Below, piece by piece: positions 40,303 through 52,514 of a DNA stretch of 64,000 nt. A program made the translations under genes and the position numbers. Position 1 is the stretch's first letter. Every line of letters starts with the position of its first letter. A model generated the notes under the pieces. The model did not search any database and had not been told where the DNA came from. It saw only the letters and a list, made by a program, of their open reading frames with translations. The DNA comes from Bdellovibrionota bacterium. Lineage in GTDB: Bacteria > Bdellovibrionota > Bdellovibrionia > Bdellovibrionales > UBA840. The DNA is taken from the NCBI GenBank assembly GCA_036140815.1, contig JAYZXX010000248.1:8017-72016 (forward strand). The letters run 5' to 3'.

Positions 40303-40770
40303 TTAAGGGTAGAGTTTTTCAAATTTATCACCCAACTCGACACCTAGTTTTTGAAACCTGCCTTTCTCCAGCTCTAGTGCATAGCGCACTGCCTTCGGAC
40401 TTTCGTAGCGTTTCAATCTGTAGTCTAAAACCATTGCAGACTCTGGCTCCATATCCTGTAGGGAAATAATTTTCTTGGAATCATCTATATAGGCTATGCT
40501 TAAAGGGATGCGAGTATTTTTCATCCAAAAAGATAATTTTTCCTTCTTGGGAAAAACAAACAGCATGCCGTCAATGCCTTTGGGTAGTTTATCAATGTTC
40601 ATCAAACCATGGGAAGTTTTCAAAGAATCGTCGGCGATTTCTACATTTAAAGTTTTACCATTAATGACAATTTGGTGAGTTTTGTAGCTTGGCCGGGTGG
40701 CCGAGGCTTGTATGCAAAAAACAAAAAGGATCGAAACCTTAAATAGAAAGTTTTTCGTAAGCCAAGCCAT
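40303..40770 (-). CDS. DUF192 family protein
   Basis: 155 aa with signal. HGLM...GMLFVF...FWMKNTRIPLSIAYID matches the DUF192 signature. Confidence 0.7.
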   Translation of the reverse strand: MAWLTKNFLFKVSILFVFCIQASATRPSYKTHQIVINGKTLNVEIADDSLKTSHGLMNIDKLPKGIDGMLFVFPKKEKLSFWMKNTRIPLSIAYIDDSKKIISLQDMEPESAMVLDYRLKRYESPKAVRYALELEKGRFQKLGVELGDKFEKLYP

Positions 40771-41641
40771 ATCTAACCCCTCGAGTAGAAACCAAGAAAT
40801 AGTCTGCCGAAAAATTCTCTAAAACCTGTAGTAAAATACATGTGCCTGCGACAATTACATCCTCTCTACCTTTTTGCATTCCCGGCAAAGATAGACGATC
40901 TTCCAGGGACAAGGATGCCAGTTTATCTCTCCATAATCCTAGGTCTTCTTTAGTTAATGGAAAATTATCTATCTTTTCTTTGTCAAAAGATTGTAATCCT
41001 TGAATAACCGCCGCTAAAGTCGTTGGCGTTCCCGCAACTGCGATCAAATAATTCGGCTTCTTAATTTTAGGTAGCTTCCTTAGGTTTTTTTGAATCGCCG
41101 CCGTCATCTCCAGAATGTCCGCTTCGACAACTGGATTCTCTTTCACGTATGTGTCAGTAAAACGAACCGCGCCAACATCCAAGCTAATAGCCTTAGCTTT
41201 TCCATTTTCTTTAACTAAAAACTCTGTGGAACCTCCCCCCACATCAACTACCAGGGAACCTTCAAGTTCTTGATCAAAAAAACTACCATTATAGGTAAGC
41301 TCAGCTTCCCTTTCTCCAGCAATGATTTCCAAGTCTATACCAAGGCTATCGCAGATATCAAATAGCTCATCTCTATTTTCTGCGTCCCTTGCGGCACTGG
41401 TTGCTACTGCATAAACTTTATCAACCTTCAGCTCTTTCGCTTTATTTGAGTAGTTCGTTAAACACTCTTTTGCTCTAGAAATTGCGTCGGGATGGAGCAT
41501 TGGCTTACTACCACTGTATAAATCCTGCCCCAGGCGAACCACAGTGCTTGCATCAAAAAGCTCTTTAAAACCATCATTACCAATTTCAGCGATCAAACAC
41601 AAAAACGTATTGGTTCCCAGGTCAAGACAAGCAACTCTCAT
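40739..41641 (-). CDS. Ppx/GppA family phosphatase (N-terminal actin-like domains only)
   Basis: 300 aa. ACLDLGTNTFLCLIAE, plus VVDVGGGSTEF phosphate-binding motifs. Confidence 0.8.
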   Translation of the reverse strand: MRVACLDLGTNTFLCLIAEIGNDGFKELFDASTVVRLGQDLYSGSKPMLHPDAISRAKECLTNYSNKAKELKVDKVYAVATSAARDAENRDELFDICDSLGIDLEIIAGEREAELTYNGSFFDQELEGSLVVDVGGGSTEFLVKENGKAKAISLDVGAVRFTDTYVKENPVVEADILEMTAAIQKNLRKLPKIKKPNYLIAVAGTPTTLAAVIQGLQSFDKEKIDNFPLTKEDLGLWRDKLASLSLEDRLSLPGMQKGREDVIVAGTCILLQVLENFSADYFLVSTRGVRYGLAYEKLSI

Positions 41642-43932
41642 TAAAAACCTAGGCCTTTCAACAATTTTTTGGCATCGTCACTTTTTAAGAGTTTTTTTGC
41701 TTCTTGCTCAATTTTCTTTTCTACCTTTTTCTTTTCCTTCGCGATTGCCTTTTTTCCAGCTCGCTCGGCATAAGCACCGGCGACCTTGTTTAACATTTTC
41801 TGCCAATCAATCTTAGGGGAACTTACGGGTCCTGTTATCTCAATTGGTAATTCAGCCCGACCATCTGAATATCTGATTTTCGGAGGAGGATTCTTCAAAG
41901 GAGCTATAATACTTGCAATCATATTGGCATTTAAGTCAAAATTTACCGTACCCTTACCTACAACTGCGGTTCTTGCTTCTTTTAAATCCATATTAAAATT
42001 AGTAAGCGTAAATACTGACTTAGAAATAACAAAGTTGCCCTTAAACTCCTTAAACTCATTACCAATTTTAACCTGCGAAGCCTTGTCTTTTGCACCATTA
42101 ATACTAGATAGTTTTTCTCCAACTATTTTCATTGCTTGCAAGCCAGACCATGTACCCTCTTTAAGATTAAAACCACCTTTACCTTCTAAGTGTTCACGAA
42201 CATCTGCCTCGCTGGCCCCAATTCCTGATAACTGAAAGTCAGCCTCTAGTAATCCAGTAAGTGAGCCTTTTAAGTCGGGAACAAAAGCATCCGTAGCCTC
42301 TACAACATCCAAGCCCGCCACTCTGGCTTTCATTTCGTACGTTGGCTTCTTCGGCTTTATGTTAACCATTGATACTACAGCCGCTTTCCCACCGAAAACA
42401 TCAAAACTCATTCTTTTTAAATTTAGCTTCAAGTCCTTATAGTGAAGATCTGTGACTAAATTAGAAGCCTTGATTCTTTCGTGAGTTAACTTATCAATTT
42501 TCAGGTTCGCATCTAATATTGTCTTTTTAAGGATTGGAACTTGCTTAAGCTGCTCGATCGGACCCATAAGCATTTGCTGAATTTGCTCTTCAGTCAAAGC
42601 CGGTTGTTCCGCTTTCGCTTCTTCTATTTTTTGTTGCTTTTCAGCCTCTGTCATTGGAGCAATAAAATCAGCACTATTGATTCCCTTGCTATAAACCCCA
42701 AGTTTCACACGAGGTGCATCAAATCCTTTTAATTCTCCGTTGAGACTAACTGTGCTTGTACCTGCATTAAATTGAATTTCTTCAATTCTTAACTGGTCTG
42801 TTTTTAACTCTATTTTTGCTAAAATTGCTTCGAATGGGCTTCGTATTCCTGGTATGGAGGCTCTTCCGTTTCTAAAATTTATTGCTCCGTTGTAATCCAG
42901 ATTATCAGTATCCCCCTTAACTTTTAAATTTAAATCAAGGGCTCCGGTTACACCAAACTGACCTACAGGGCGAAGAATTTTCCTCCAATTAGACAACTCT
43001 AAAGAGTTACTGCTTATTACAAACTCATATTTTAAAGGTTCAAAAGATTTAACTGTGCCATTCGTTGAAATTTTGAAGTCATTTACAACTAAGTTTAAAG
43101 CCTCAAGTTGAAGGTTATTTTGGTATAGTTTTGATTGTAACTCTAGCTTTAAAGGTACTGATTTTCCTTTGGATAACAATCCAGCCACCTGCGCATCAAG
43201 CCCTGTTAAATCTACCTCTAGATCTAAGCTAACATCACTAAATGAGGTGTCTCCCCACTCGACATACGATTTTCCCAAAATTTCAACATCCCCATTTAGA
43301 GAAATGTCAGAGTTTGGGCGTAGATTAAGATCGGTCTTTATTTTTAAATCAATTTCCTTAGAAAAGCCTAAGTTTTCAAGTGAAAGACTAAAGTTGTTTA
43401 CGTTTGTGTTAAATCCACTCTGTAGATCACTATAGTTAACCTTAGCATTCTTAATTATTAAATCTATATCAACACGATCTAATATTCCTAGTTTAGCCCC
43501 TTCAGATTTTTCTTCAGCTGACTCACCTGTGGCCGCTTCAGCAACCTCTGCTTGTTTCTTAACAAGAGAAGCAAAATTAAATTCACCCTTCTTATTTTTA
43601 GAAATGTTGATATTGGGACCGGTTAATTCCAGTGAGCCTGAAAACCCCCCTTTTAAAATCTCTATAAAGGGAATTGAAACTTGAGCCCTATCTGTGCTTA
43701 CTATAGTTTCCTTTTCAGAACTTAACTTAATTCCTTGTATATCAATATATACGCCACCCAATAAACTTAAGCTGAGCTTTCCAACCTCAAGCTTTCCATT
43801 TATGCTTTCTTTAGCTAGTCTTTCTATTTCAGGTCGAACCTTTTTATCTATATCATAAAAAAATGGAAAACTAACAAGCCCCCCAAAAACAACTGCAAAG
43901 AATACTATCAACGCAACAACTAGTTTTTTCAT
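41641..43932 (-). CDS. AsmA-family protein
   Basis: 763 aa. N-terminal anchor MKKLVVALIVFFAVVFGG. A long repetitive beta-rich body and a basic C-terminus typical of AsmA-like proteins. Confidence 0.6.
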   Translation of the reverse strand: MKKLVVALIVFFAVVFGGLVSFPFFYDIDKKVRPEIERLAKESINGKLEVGKLSLSLLGGVYIDIQGIKLSSEKETIVSTDRAQVSIPFIEILKGGFSGSLELTGPNINISKNKKGEFNFASLVKKQAEVAEAATGESAEEKSEGAKLGILDRVDIDLIIKNAKVNYSDLQSGFNTNVNNFSLSLENLGFSKEIDLKIKTDLNLRPNSDISLNGDVEILGKSYVEWGDTSFSDVSLDLEVDLTGLDAQVAGLLSKGKSVPLKLELQSKLYQNNLQLEALNLVVNDFKISTNGTVKSFEPLKYEFVISSNSLELSNWRKILRPVGQFGVTGALDLNLKVKGDTDNLDYNGAINFRNGRASIPGIRSPFEAILAKIELKTDQLRIEEIQFNAGTSTVSLNGELKGFDAPRVKLGVYSKGINSADFIAPMTEAEKQQKIEEAKAEQPALTEEQIQQMLMGPIEQLKQVPILKKTILDANLKIDKLTHERIKASNLVTDLHYKDLKLNLKRMSFDVFGGKAAVVSMVNIKPKKPTYEMKARVAGLDVVEATDAFVPDLKGSLTGLLEADFQLSGIGASEADVREHLEGKGGFNLKEGTWSGLQAMKIVGEKLSSINGAKDKASQVKIGNEFKEFKGNFVISKSVFTLTNFNMDLKEARTAVVGKGTVNFDLNANMIASIIAPLKNPPPKIRYSDGRAELPIEITGPVSSPKIDWQKMLNKVAGAYAERAGKKAIAKEKKKVEKKIEQEAKKLLKSDDAKKLLKGLGF

Positions 43933-43948
43933 ATTTTTTTCTCCTCGA

Positions 43949-45391
43949 CTACTTCGAGAGTTTTTCTTTTAATAGCTCACTTACCAGGTCTGGATTTGCT
44001 TTCCCCTTAGACAAGCGCATTGTTTGTCCTAAGAAAAAATTGAAGACCTTTTCTTTGCCTGAGCGATATTGTTCCACTTGCTCTGGGTTGGATTCTATCA
44101 CTTGGTCAATAAATTTGGCAATGGAGTTTGGGTCATCATCTTGCACTAGACCTTTAGCTTCAACAATTGTTCCAGCAGTCTTAGAACTTGTTATCATTTC
44201 CTCAAATACTGTTTTTGCAATTTTAGCATTTATTTTTTTAGTACTGAGCAGTACCAATAACTCAGCTAAATCCCCCGCGCTTACACTAAAGTCTTTAATG
44301 TCCTGCTTAGATTCCTTTAAAACTCGCATAAGTTCCGTGGAAATCCAGTTAGCAGAAAGCTTTGGCTCTTTCGACTTCGTGGCCACTTCTTCAAAATATT
44401 CAGCCATTTCACGCTGTTGAACAAGAAGTAAAGCATCTTGCTCTGATAAACCAAATGATTCTTTGAACCTCTCCGCTTTGGCAAAAGGCAACTCAATCAA
44501 TCTAGACTGAAGCTCTTTTAACAGTTCATCCGAAACCATAAGGTTCATTAAATCAGGCTCTGGAAAATACCGATAATCGTGGGCGTCTTCTTTGGTTCGC
44601 ATTGAGTAAGTTTTATTTTTATCTGCGTCATATAGCCTGGTTTCTTGCACGATTTGATCCTGGTCACCATTGTCATACAAATCCGCTTGTCGACTCACCT
44701 CGTAGGCAATCGCCTTTTCTATAAAACGAAATGAGTTAATGTTTTTTAATTCAACCTTGGTTCCAAACTCCTTTTGTCCAAAGGGGCGTATACTGACATT
44801 GCAATCCGCTCGCATGCTACCTTCTTCTAAGTTTCCATCACAAACACCTAGGTACTGAACCACTGACCTTAAAGCCCTAACATATTCTGCGGCCTCACTT
44901 GGGCTACGCATATCTGGCTCAGAAACAATCTCTAACAATGGAACGCAAGTACGATTAAAGTTTATTAAAGAATAGTTCCCGTGATGTGAACTCTTTCCAG
45001 CATCTTCTTCTATATGAGCCCTAGTCACGCCGATTCTCTTAACAGCTCCCTCACTCAAGCGCACATCCAAATAACCATTTTCGCAGATAGGCAAATCATA
45101 TTGTGAAATTTGATAAGCCTTCGGTGAATCAGGATAGAAGTAGTTCTTTCTAGAAAATTGGGATCTCTGATTAATTTTACAATTTAAGGCCAAGCCAGTT
45201 TTACTCGCCAACTCAATCACCTTTTTGTTCATCACCGGTAAAGCCCCTGGCATACCAGTACAAACGGGACAAATATTATGATTGTCGGAGGAAGAAAATT
45301 CGGTAGAGCACGAACAAAATAATTTTGTTTTCGTGTTCAATTGAACGTGAACCTCAATTCCAATAACAGTTTCGTATCGACTAGAAGACAT
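43949..45391 (-). CDS. gatB: Asp/Glu-tRNA amidotransferase subunit B
   Basis: YETVIGIEVHVQLNTKTKLFC, among other matches. The ORF extends to 45439. I chose the ATG at 45391 (MSSSRYE), which has a GGAGA RBS and an 11-nt overlap with gatA. Confidence 0.93.
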   Translation of the reverse strand: MSSSRYETVIGIEVHVQLNTKTKLFCSCSTEFSSSDNHNICPVCTGMPGALPVMNKKVIELASKTGLALNCKINQRSQFSRKNYFYPDSPKAYQISQYDLPICENGYLDVRLSEGAVKRIGVTRAHIEEDAGKSSHHGNYSLINFNRTCVPLLEIVSEPDMRSPSEAAEYVRALRSVVQYLGVCDGNLEEGSMRADCNVSIRPFGQKEFGTKVELKNINSFRFIEKAIAYEVSRQADLYDNGDQDQIVQETRLYDADKNKTYSMRTKEDAHDYRYFPEPDLMNLMVSDELLKELQSRLIELPFAKAERFKESFGLSEQDALLLVQQREMAEYFEEVATKSKEPKLSANWISTELMRVLKESKQDIKDFSVSAGDLAELLVLLSTKKINAKIAKTVFEEMITSSKTAGTIVEAKGLVQDDDPNSIAKFIDQVIESNPEQVEQYRSGKEKVFNFFLGQTMRLSKGKANPDLVSELLKEKLSK

Positions 45392-46844
45392 CCGGCTGCT
45401 CTCCATTTTGTGACTTTTTAGATTCAAGTAGCTTAGCAAAAGCTATCATTTGTTTTTCATCAAAGCTCCTAGCAATCACTTGTGCACCAATGGGCATTTT
45501 TAATTTCGAATAGCCGATTGGAACGCTCATAGCAGGTAAGCCAGCAAGATTCGTCGATATCGTTAAAATGTCATTTAAATACATTTGCAAAGGATCAGAA
45601 ATTCTCTCTCCGATCTTAAATGCTGTGTCTGTTGTCACTGGTGACAAAATCACATCGTTTGATTCAAATACTTTTTCAAACTCCTTCTTTAATTTTGCTC
45701 TTAACTTACATGCCTTTTCGAAATAAGCATCATAATAGCCGCTAGACAAAGCATAGGTTCCTAGCATTAACCTTCTTTTTACTTCTGGCCCAAAGGACTC
45801 ACTTCGAGACTTCAAATACAAACTCTCTAAATTGCTAACCTCATCACTTCTATATCCATAACGTACACCATCATACCGAGCCAGGTTGCTGGAAGCCTCA
45901 GAACATGCGATTAGATAGTAAGTAGATATTGCGTATTCTGTTAGTGGCAAATCCACTTCATTAAACTTATGCCCATCTGCCCTTAACTTCTCTATAACTG
46001 TCTGCAAGTTTTGTTTAACGTCTTCAGAAAGAGCATCACCAAAATATTGTTTTGGTAGAGCTATATTTATTTTTTTATCCCCTAGGCTCTCTTTGGAATA
46101 CTCAGCGACTTCCAAACCGAGAGAAGTGGAATCCATTTTATCTTCTCCGGAAATCACCTCTAGAACCAACGCACAATCTTCGACATAAGTAGCCATGGGA
46201 CCGACCTGATCAAGGCTGGATGCAAAAGCGACAACACCATATCTACTTACTCGGCCATAGCTTGGTTTAATTCCCACAATTCCGCAAAAGTTGGCCGGCT
46301 GCCGAATCGAACCACCTGTATCAGTACCAATAGCCACAGGACACATCCTTGCGGCCACAGCAGATGCGGACCCACCACTGCTTCCACCTGGAACAAACTC
46401 TACATTCCACGGATTTTTAACTACACCAAAATAAGAGGTTTCATTGGATGATCCCATTGCAAATTCATCTAGATTTGTTTTTCCCAGAATCACAGCGTCT
46501 TCAGCGACAAGGCGTTCAACAACGGTGGAAGAATAAGGGGATTTAAAATTTGCTAACATCTTGGATGCTGCGGTAGTCACTTGATCTTTTACACAGAGTA
46601 AATCCTTTACCCCAATGGGTAGGCCTGCAAGCTTTCCCAAAGGCTCAGACTTAGATACTTTCATATCAATTTTTTTAGCTTGTTCTATACAGCTTTGGTC
46701 AATGGAAATAAATGCATTTAGCTGCGGATTTAATTCATTAGCTCTTTTTAAAAAGAATTCAGTAACTTCCAGGGCAGAAATTTTTTTCGACTTTATGGCC
46801 TCTACGATCTCTGAGGCTTTAGCATTAATTAAAGAAATACTCAT
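45381..46844 (-). CDS. gatA: Glutamyl-tRNA(Gln) amidotransferase subunit A
   Basis: 487 aa with the amidase signature GGSSGGSASAVAA...GTDTGGSIRQPA. Confidence 0.95.
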   Translation of the reverse strand: MSISLINAKASEIVEAIKSKKISALEVTEFFLKRANELNPQLNAFISIDQSCIEQAKKIDMKVSKSEPLGKLAGLPIGVKDLLCVKDQVTTAASKMLANFKSPYSSTVVERLVAEDAVILGKTNLDEFAMGSSNETSYFGVVKNPWNVEFVPGGSSGGSASAVAARMCPVAIGTDTGGSIRQPANFCGIVGIKPSYGRVSRYGVVAFASSLDQVGPMATYVEDCALVLEVISGEDKMDSTSLGLEVAEYSKESLGDKKINIALPKQYFGDALSEDVKQNLQTVIEKLRADGHKFNEVDLPLTEYAISTYYLIACSEASSNLARYDGVRYGYRSDEVSNLESLYLKSRSESFGPEVKRRLMLGTYALSSGYYDAYFEKACKLRAKLKKEFEKVFESNDVILSPVTTDTAFKIGERISDPLQMYLNDILTISTNLAGLPAMSVPIGYSKLKMPIGAQVIARSFDEKQMIAFAKLLESKKSQNGEQPDVF

Positions 46845-47128
46845 TAACTCACCACCGGCGGAACTTTGATTAACTGACCAGAACTCTCCGGTGCATTATC
46901 AATAATTTTTTGACGCTCATTAAACTCCACCACCTCATCCTCCCTTAGCCTTTGGGCAATCGGGTTAGGAGTGTATAAACATTCTTCCGATGAAGTATCT
47001 ACTTCCTCTAACTTTTTAAAATGTCCAAGAATGTCTGTTAGCTGGTCTGAGAATGCGGAAGCCTCTTCGTCGGAAAGCTCTAGCTTAGCCAAATTTGCAA
47101 TATGCTGCACGGTTTTTAAATCAATCAT
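46844..47128 (-). CDS. gatC: Asp/Glu-tRNA amidotransferase subunit C
   Basis: MIDLKTVQHIANLAKLELSDEE is typical of GatC. The ORF extends to 47149, but the internal ATG gives a typical ~94 aa. Confidence 0.85.
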   Translation of the reverse strand: MIDLKTVQHIANLAKLELSDEEASAFSDQLTDILGHFKKLEEVDTSSEECLYTPNPIAQRLREDEVVEFNERQKIIDNAPESSGQLIKVPPVVS

Positions 47129-47291
47129 AATTGTACCTTGGTGAACCATACGACCTGTATTCTTTAAATCGCTGGAATAGCATTAAAATCTATCAAAGAA
47201 CCTTAAATTTTCAACAATAAAGCTTCTTTTTGTTTGGCAAATTAGATAGAAGTACTGCTTTGAAGTTGACCCCAATAGCCTAGGACTCTAA

Positions 47292-49386
<2,095 letters not shown>

Positions 49387-49388
<2 letters not shown>

Positions 49389-49417
49389 AAAAAGCCTAGG
49401 AAGATCCTAGGCTTTGT
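49387..49417 (-). terminator. Rho-independent terminator of the histone-fold gene (possibly shared with ligA)
   Basis: Perfect 9-bp stem AAGCCTAGG/CCTAGGCTT. On the minus strand it is followed by T7. Confidence 0.7.
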
Positions 49418-49438
49418 AATTCAATCTTTGTAAAAATC

Positions 49439-49633
49439 TTATAAATGATCCGTTACGATATCACGAGCCATTACAGTTTTACGACCATCTGCTTTTGCGT
49501 TTTCAATTCCACGCTTGCAAAGAGCCTCAACCGCTTGAGACAAAGAATCGATAGTTTCAGATGCAGTGTTACACTGTCCGTTCTCTTTAATGTATTTTTT
49601 AACTTTACTAGTTACTACTAAAACATCAGCCAT
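49439..49633 (-). CDS. Bacterial histone-fold protein (HMfB-like; Bd0055/HBb, DUF1931-type)
   Basis: 64 aa: MADVLVVTSKVKKYIKENGQCNTASETIDSLSQAVEALCKRGIENAKADGRKTVMARDIVTDHL. AKADGRKTVMARDI parallels the archaeal HMfB segment ARHAGRKTIKAEDI. GGGAGG RBS 6 nt upstream of the ATG at 49633. Confidence 0.65.
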   Translation of the reverse strand: MADVLVVTSKVKKYIKENGQCNTASETIDSLSQAVEALCKRGIENAKADGRKTVMARDIVTDHL

Positions 49634-49906
49634 ATTAATCCTCCCGGTATGTTCAAGTTCCAAAAAAACTTGGCTCCATTATTAAAGCCTTTGCCGCCCC
49701 GTGATTGCAAGTCGAATTTTATTTTCGTTAAAAAGGTCCTAAATTAGTAAAATATTATTGAATTTCAAACACTTATCTGTACAAGCTAATCTAAGTTGTT
49801 AAATTGAAATTAAAAATAATTGTGTTTCATCTCAAAAATATCGACCTCTGGCCTAATCCCTACGCAGTTTTTAGGCCTAATTTACCAAAGGCTGTGCTAA
49901 GCTATT

Positions 49907-51370
49907 ATGCAAATGACAAATTCAGAATCAAATAAGGAAGCGGAAACCAAAAAAGATATTGCTCTATTTACAGCAGTGATTAGCGACCTTCATCTATGTG
50001 AAGCAGAGCCTGCCGACCCTGATCGGCCTTTGTGGAAGAAGTTTAAAACTAAAGAGTTTTTCTTCGATGATGTATTTGTAAACTTCCTAGAAGAAATCGA
50101 ACAAAAAGCCCGTCGAAAATCACTGAAGCTGCAAAAAGACTTTCAAGTAGAGCTTATTTTAAATGGTGATATATTCGACTATGATTCTGTTACCCGCCTC
50201 CCAGAAGATCCTATATACAAAGTAAGTTGGTTAGAAAAAAGGCGTGGACTTTTTCCTGAAGAAGAAAAAAGTCTGTATAAAACCGAAGTGATAATGAAAG
50301 ATCACTCTGTGTTTTTTGAGGCCTTGGCAAATTTTATCAAACGCGGACATAAAGTCATATTTGTTGCTGGAAACCACGATGTTGAGTTTTTATATCCCAA
50401 GGTTCAAGAAAAAATTGTAGAGCTATTAGACTTACCAGAAGAATCTAAAAACTTAGTGCGTTTTTGTAGTTGGTTTTACATCTCTAATGAAGACACTCTC
50501 ATCGAGCATGGCCACCAATATGACCCCTACTGTGTAGTACAAAACCCTATTCACCCACTAATTAGACTTTTCAACCGAGTGGAGCTTCGTTTGCCTTTTG
50601 GTAACCTTGCCTCTCGCTATATGGTAAATGGAATGGGTTACTTTAATCCTCATGTAGATTCAAATTACATTATGACCATTAAAGAGTATGTTAGCTTTTT
50701 CCTAAGGTATATGCTTCGCACTCAGCCACTCCTTATGCTTACCTGGTTTTGGTCTGCGACAGCAACCTTTTTAAAGTCTTTTGCCGATCGATTGTTACCA
50801 GCAATGAAGGACCCTTTAACTACGGAAACAAAAATAGAAGAAATTGCCAAACTAAGTAACGCCACACCTAGAATGGTTCGGGAACTAAATGAAATCAAAG
50901 TTCATCCGGCTAGTTCAAGCCCAATATTAATCGCCAGAGAACTATGGCTCGATAGAGCTTTTTTGATTTTATTTTTCTTCTTAGTTATCATTCAAATCTT
51001 TGCCTTTATTAAACTGTCTTTCGATATAAGCTTTTTTTGGATGTTAATTCCAATGGCAATCTTTATTCCTTTTTTTATGTTCTATACAAATTCACTAAGA
51101 AGCGCTGTTTATGAGTTTAAAGAGCCTCAAGAGAGAATTTTAAACTTGTCTTCTTACATTTGTAAGGTGGATAGAATTGTATATGGCCACACTCACATCG
51201 TTCGACATGAATACATTGGTTTGATTGAACACTTAAACCCAGGAACATGGTCTCCGGCCTTTTTAGATGTGGAATGCACCAAAGAGTTTTCCAAAAGGCT
51301 ATATGTGTGGATAGCGCCGCAGAAAGACATTGGCCACCGAGAGGCAAAATTAATAGAGGTGAAAAAGTAA
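49907..51370 (+). CDS. Calcineurin-like metallophosphoesterase with membrane-spanning insert
   Basis: Motifs VISDLHL, NGDIFD, AGNHD, EHGHQYD and YGHTH. Hydrophobic helices (FLILFFFLVIIQIFAFI, FFWMLIPMAIFIPFFMFY) lie between the fourth and fifth motifs. Confidence 0.75.
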   Translation: MQMTNSESNKEAETKKDIALFTAVISDLHLCEAEPADPDRPLWKKFKTKEFFFDDVFVNFLEEIEQKARRKSLKLQKDFQVELILNGDIFDYDSVTRLPEDPIYKVSWLEKRRGLFPEEEKSLYKTEVIMKDHSVFFEALANFIKRGHKVIFVAGNHDVEFLYPKVQEKIVELLDLPEESKNLVRFCSWFYISNEDTLIEHGHQYDPYCVVQNPIHPLIRLFNRVELRLPFGNLASRYMVNGMGYFNPHVDSNYIMTIKEYVSFFLRYMLRTQPLLMLTWFWSATATFLKSFADRLLPAMKDPLTTETKIEEIAKLSNATPRMVRELNEIKVHPASSSPILIARELWLDRAFLILFFFLVIIQIFAFIKLSFDISFFWMLIPMAIFIPFFMFYTNSLRSAVYEFKEPQERILNLSSYICKVDRIVYGHTHIVRHEYIGLIEHLNPGTWSPAFLDVECTKEFSKRLYVWIAPQKDIGHREAKLIEVKK

Positions 51371-51823
51371 AACTCGTAAAACCAATATTTGCCACAACTT
51401 ACTCCTACAAAGCCGCGTAAATGCTTAAGAACTAGAGCGATTTTTCATTTTTTCTACCAAAAACATATCTAAATTTACATTTCCAATAGGCTTCGAATAA
51501 ATTCTTTCTTTTTAATAGCAAGTTTAATCAAAACACTTTTTTCAAAATGAACTACCGCGACTGCAAGAAAAATAAGACAAAAGCTCGGCTATCTTGCTTT
51601 TAATCCTTTTTTAAAAGTCTTGCAGCTAACAAACCTAGACCTCTGTGAAGCACAAAAACGTCGAAAAATCAGATACTTAGAAGCCTGTGTAGAAGCCTAC
51701 ACATTATTTTCACGAATCTTAGACCATTCACTTTGAAAAATAGCTAATATGGTTTTCATTGGGATTACTTAAAGCTTTTAATTAAGCGAATATTTTTCGG
51801 TCATGGATTTCAAGGAGTCAGTG

Positions 51824-52003
51824 ATGGGTGTTGAAAATAAAAGAAAAATTTTGCCAGAAGACAAAACTCTTGAAAAAGAAGAGTTCTTTTACAAAGGGAT
51901 TGTCCTGGACAAAACCAAATCTAAAAAACCGAATGAAGTAGAACAAATTACTAGAGACGTAAAAGAATCTACAATCAAGGACATCGATTTAAACATCAAG
52001 TAA
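51824..52003 (+). CDS. Small charged hypothetical protein
   Basis: The ATG at 51824 is preceded by AGGAG 6 nt upstream. 59 aa, Lys/Glu-rich. No recognisable family. Confidence 0.35.
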   Translation: MGVENKRKILPEDKTLEKEEFFYKGIVLDKTKSKKPNEVEQITRDVKESTIKDIDLNIK

Positions 52004-52112
52004 AACGACGATCCAAGGTCTATTTTTAAGTAGTTTGGATTTTTATATATGCCTCACAGTGAATGGGGGGCGCGACCCAAGCGCCTCCCTAAAAATTTTT
52101 GGAACCACTTTT

Positions 52113-52514
52113 ATGAAAAACTTTATTTTTTGCTTCTTAATTTTTATCGGACTAGACCTAATATGGTTTCAAGTTTTCATGAAAAAATTTGCTCTAGAGC
52201 AACTAAGATTTCATCTTAAGACATCCGCAGATGGCGCCCTACAAGCCAATGTCTTTGCTGCTATTTTAGCCTACCTATGCATGAGTGTTTTGTTTCATTT
52301 TTTTATGTCTCCAATAGTTAAAGATCTTTCTCTTCAAAAAGCACTCTTAAGCGCTGCTGTTTTTGGACTAATGATATTTGGTGTTTTTGATCTTACAAAT
52401 CTAGCTCTACTTAAAGAGTACCCTCTAAAATTTGTAGCAGTAGATATGCTATGGGGACTATTTCTTTTCCCTAGTACCTACTACATCTTAAAACTAATAG
52501 GCAGTAAATCATGA
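52113..52514 (+). CDS. Small integral membrane protein (DUF2177-like)
   Basis: Start chosen at MKNFIFCFLIFIGLDLIWF. Four hydrophobic segments. 4-nt overlap with the SDR gene. Confidence 0.5.
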   Translation: MKNFIFCFLIFIGLDLIWFQVFMKKFALEQLRFHLKTSADGALQANVFAAILAYLCMSVLFHFFMSPIVKDLSLQKALLSAAVFGLMIFGVFDLTNLALLKEYPLKFVAVDMLWGLFLFPSTYYILKLIGSKS

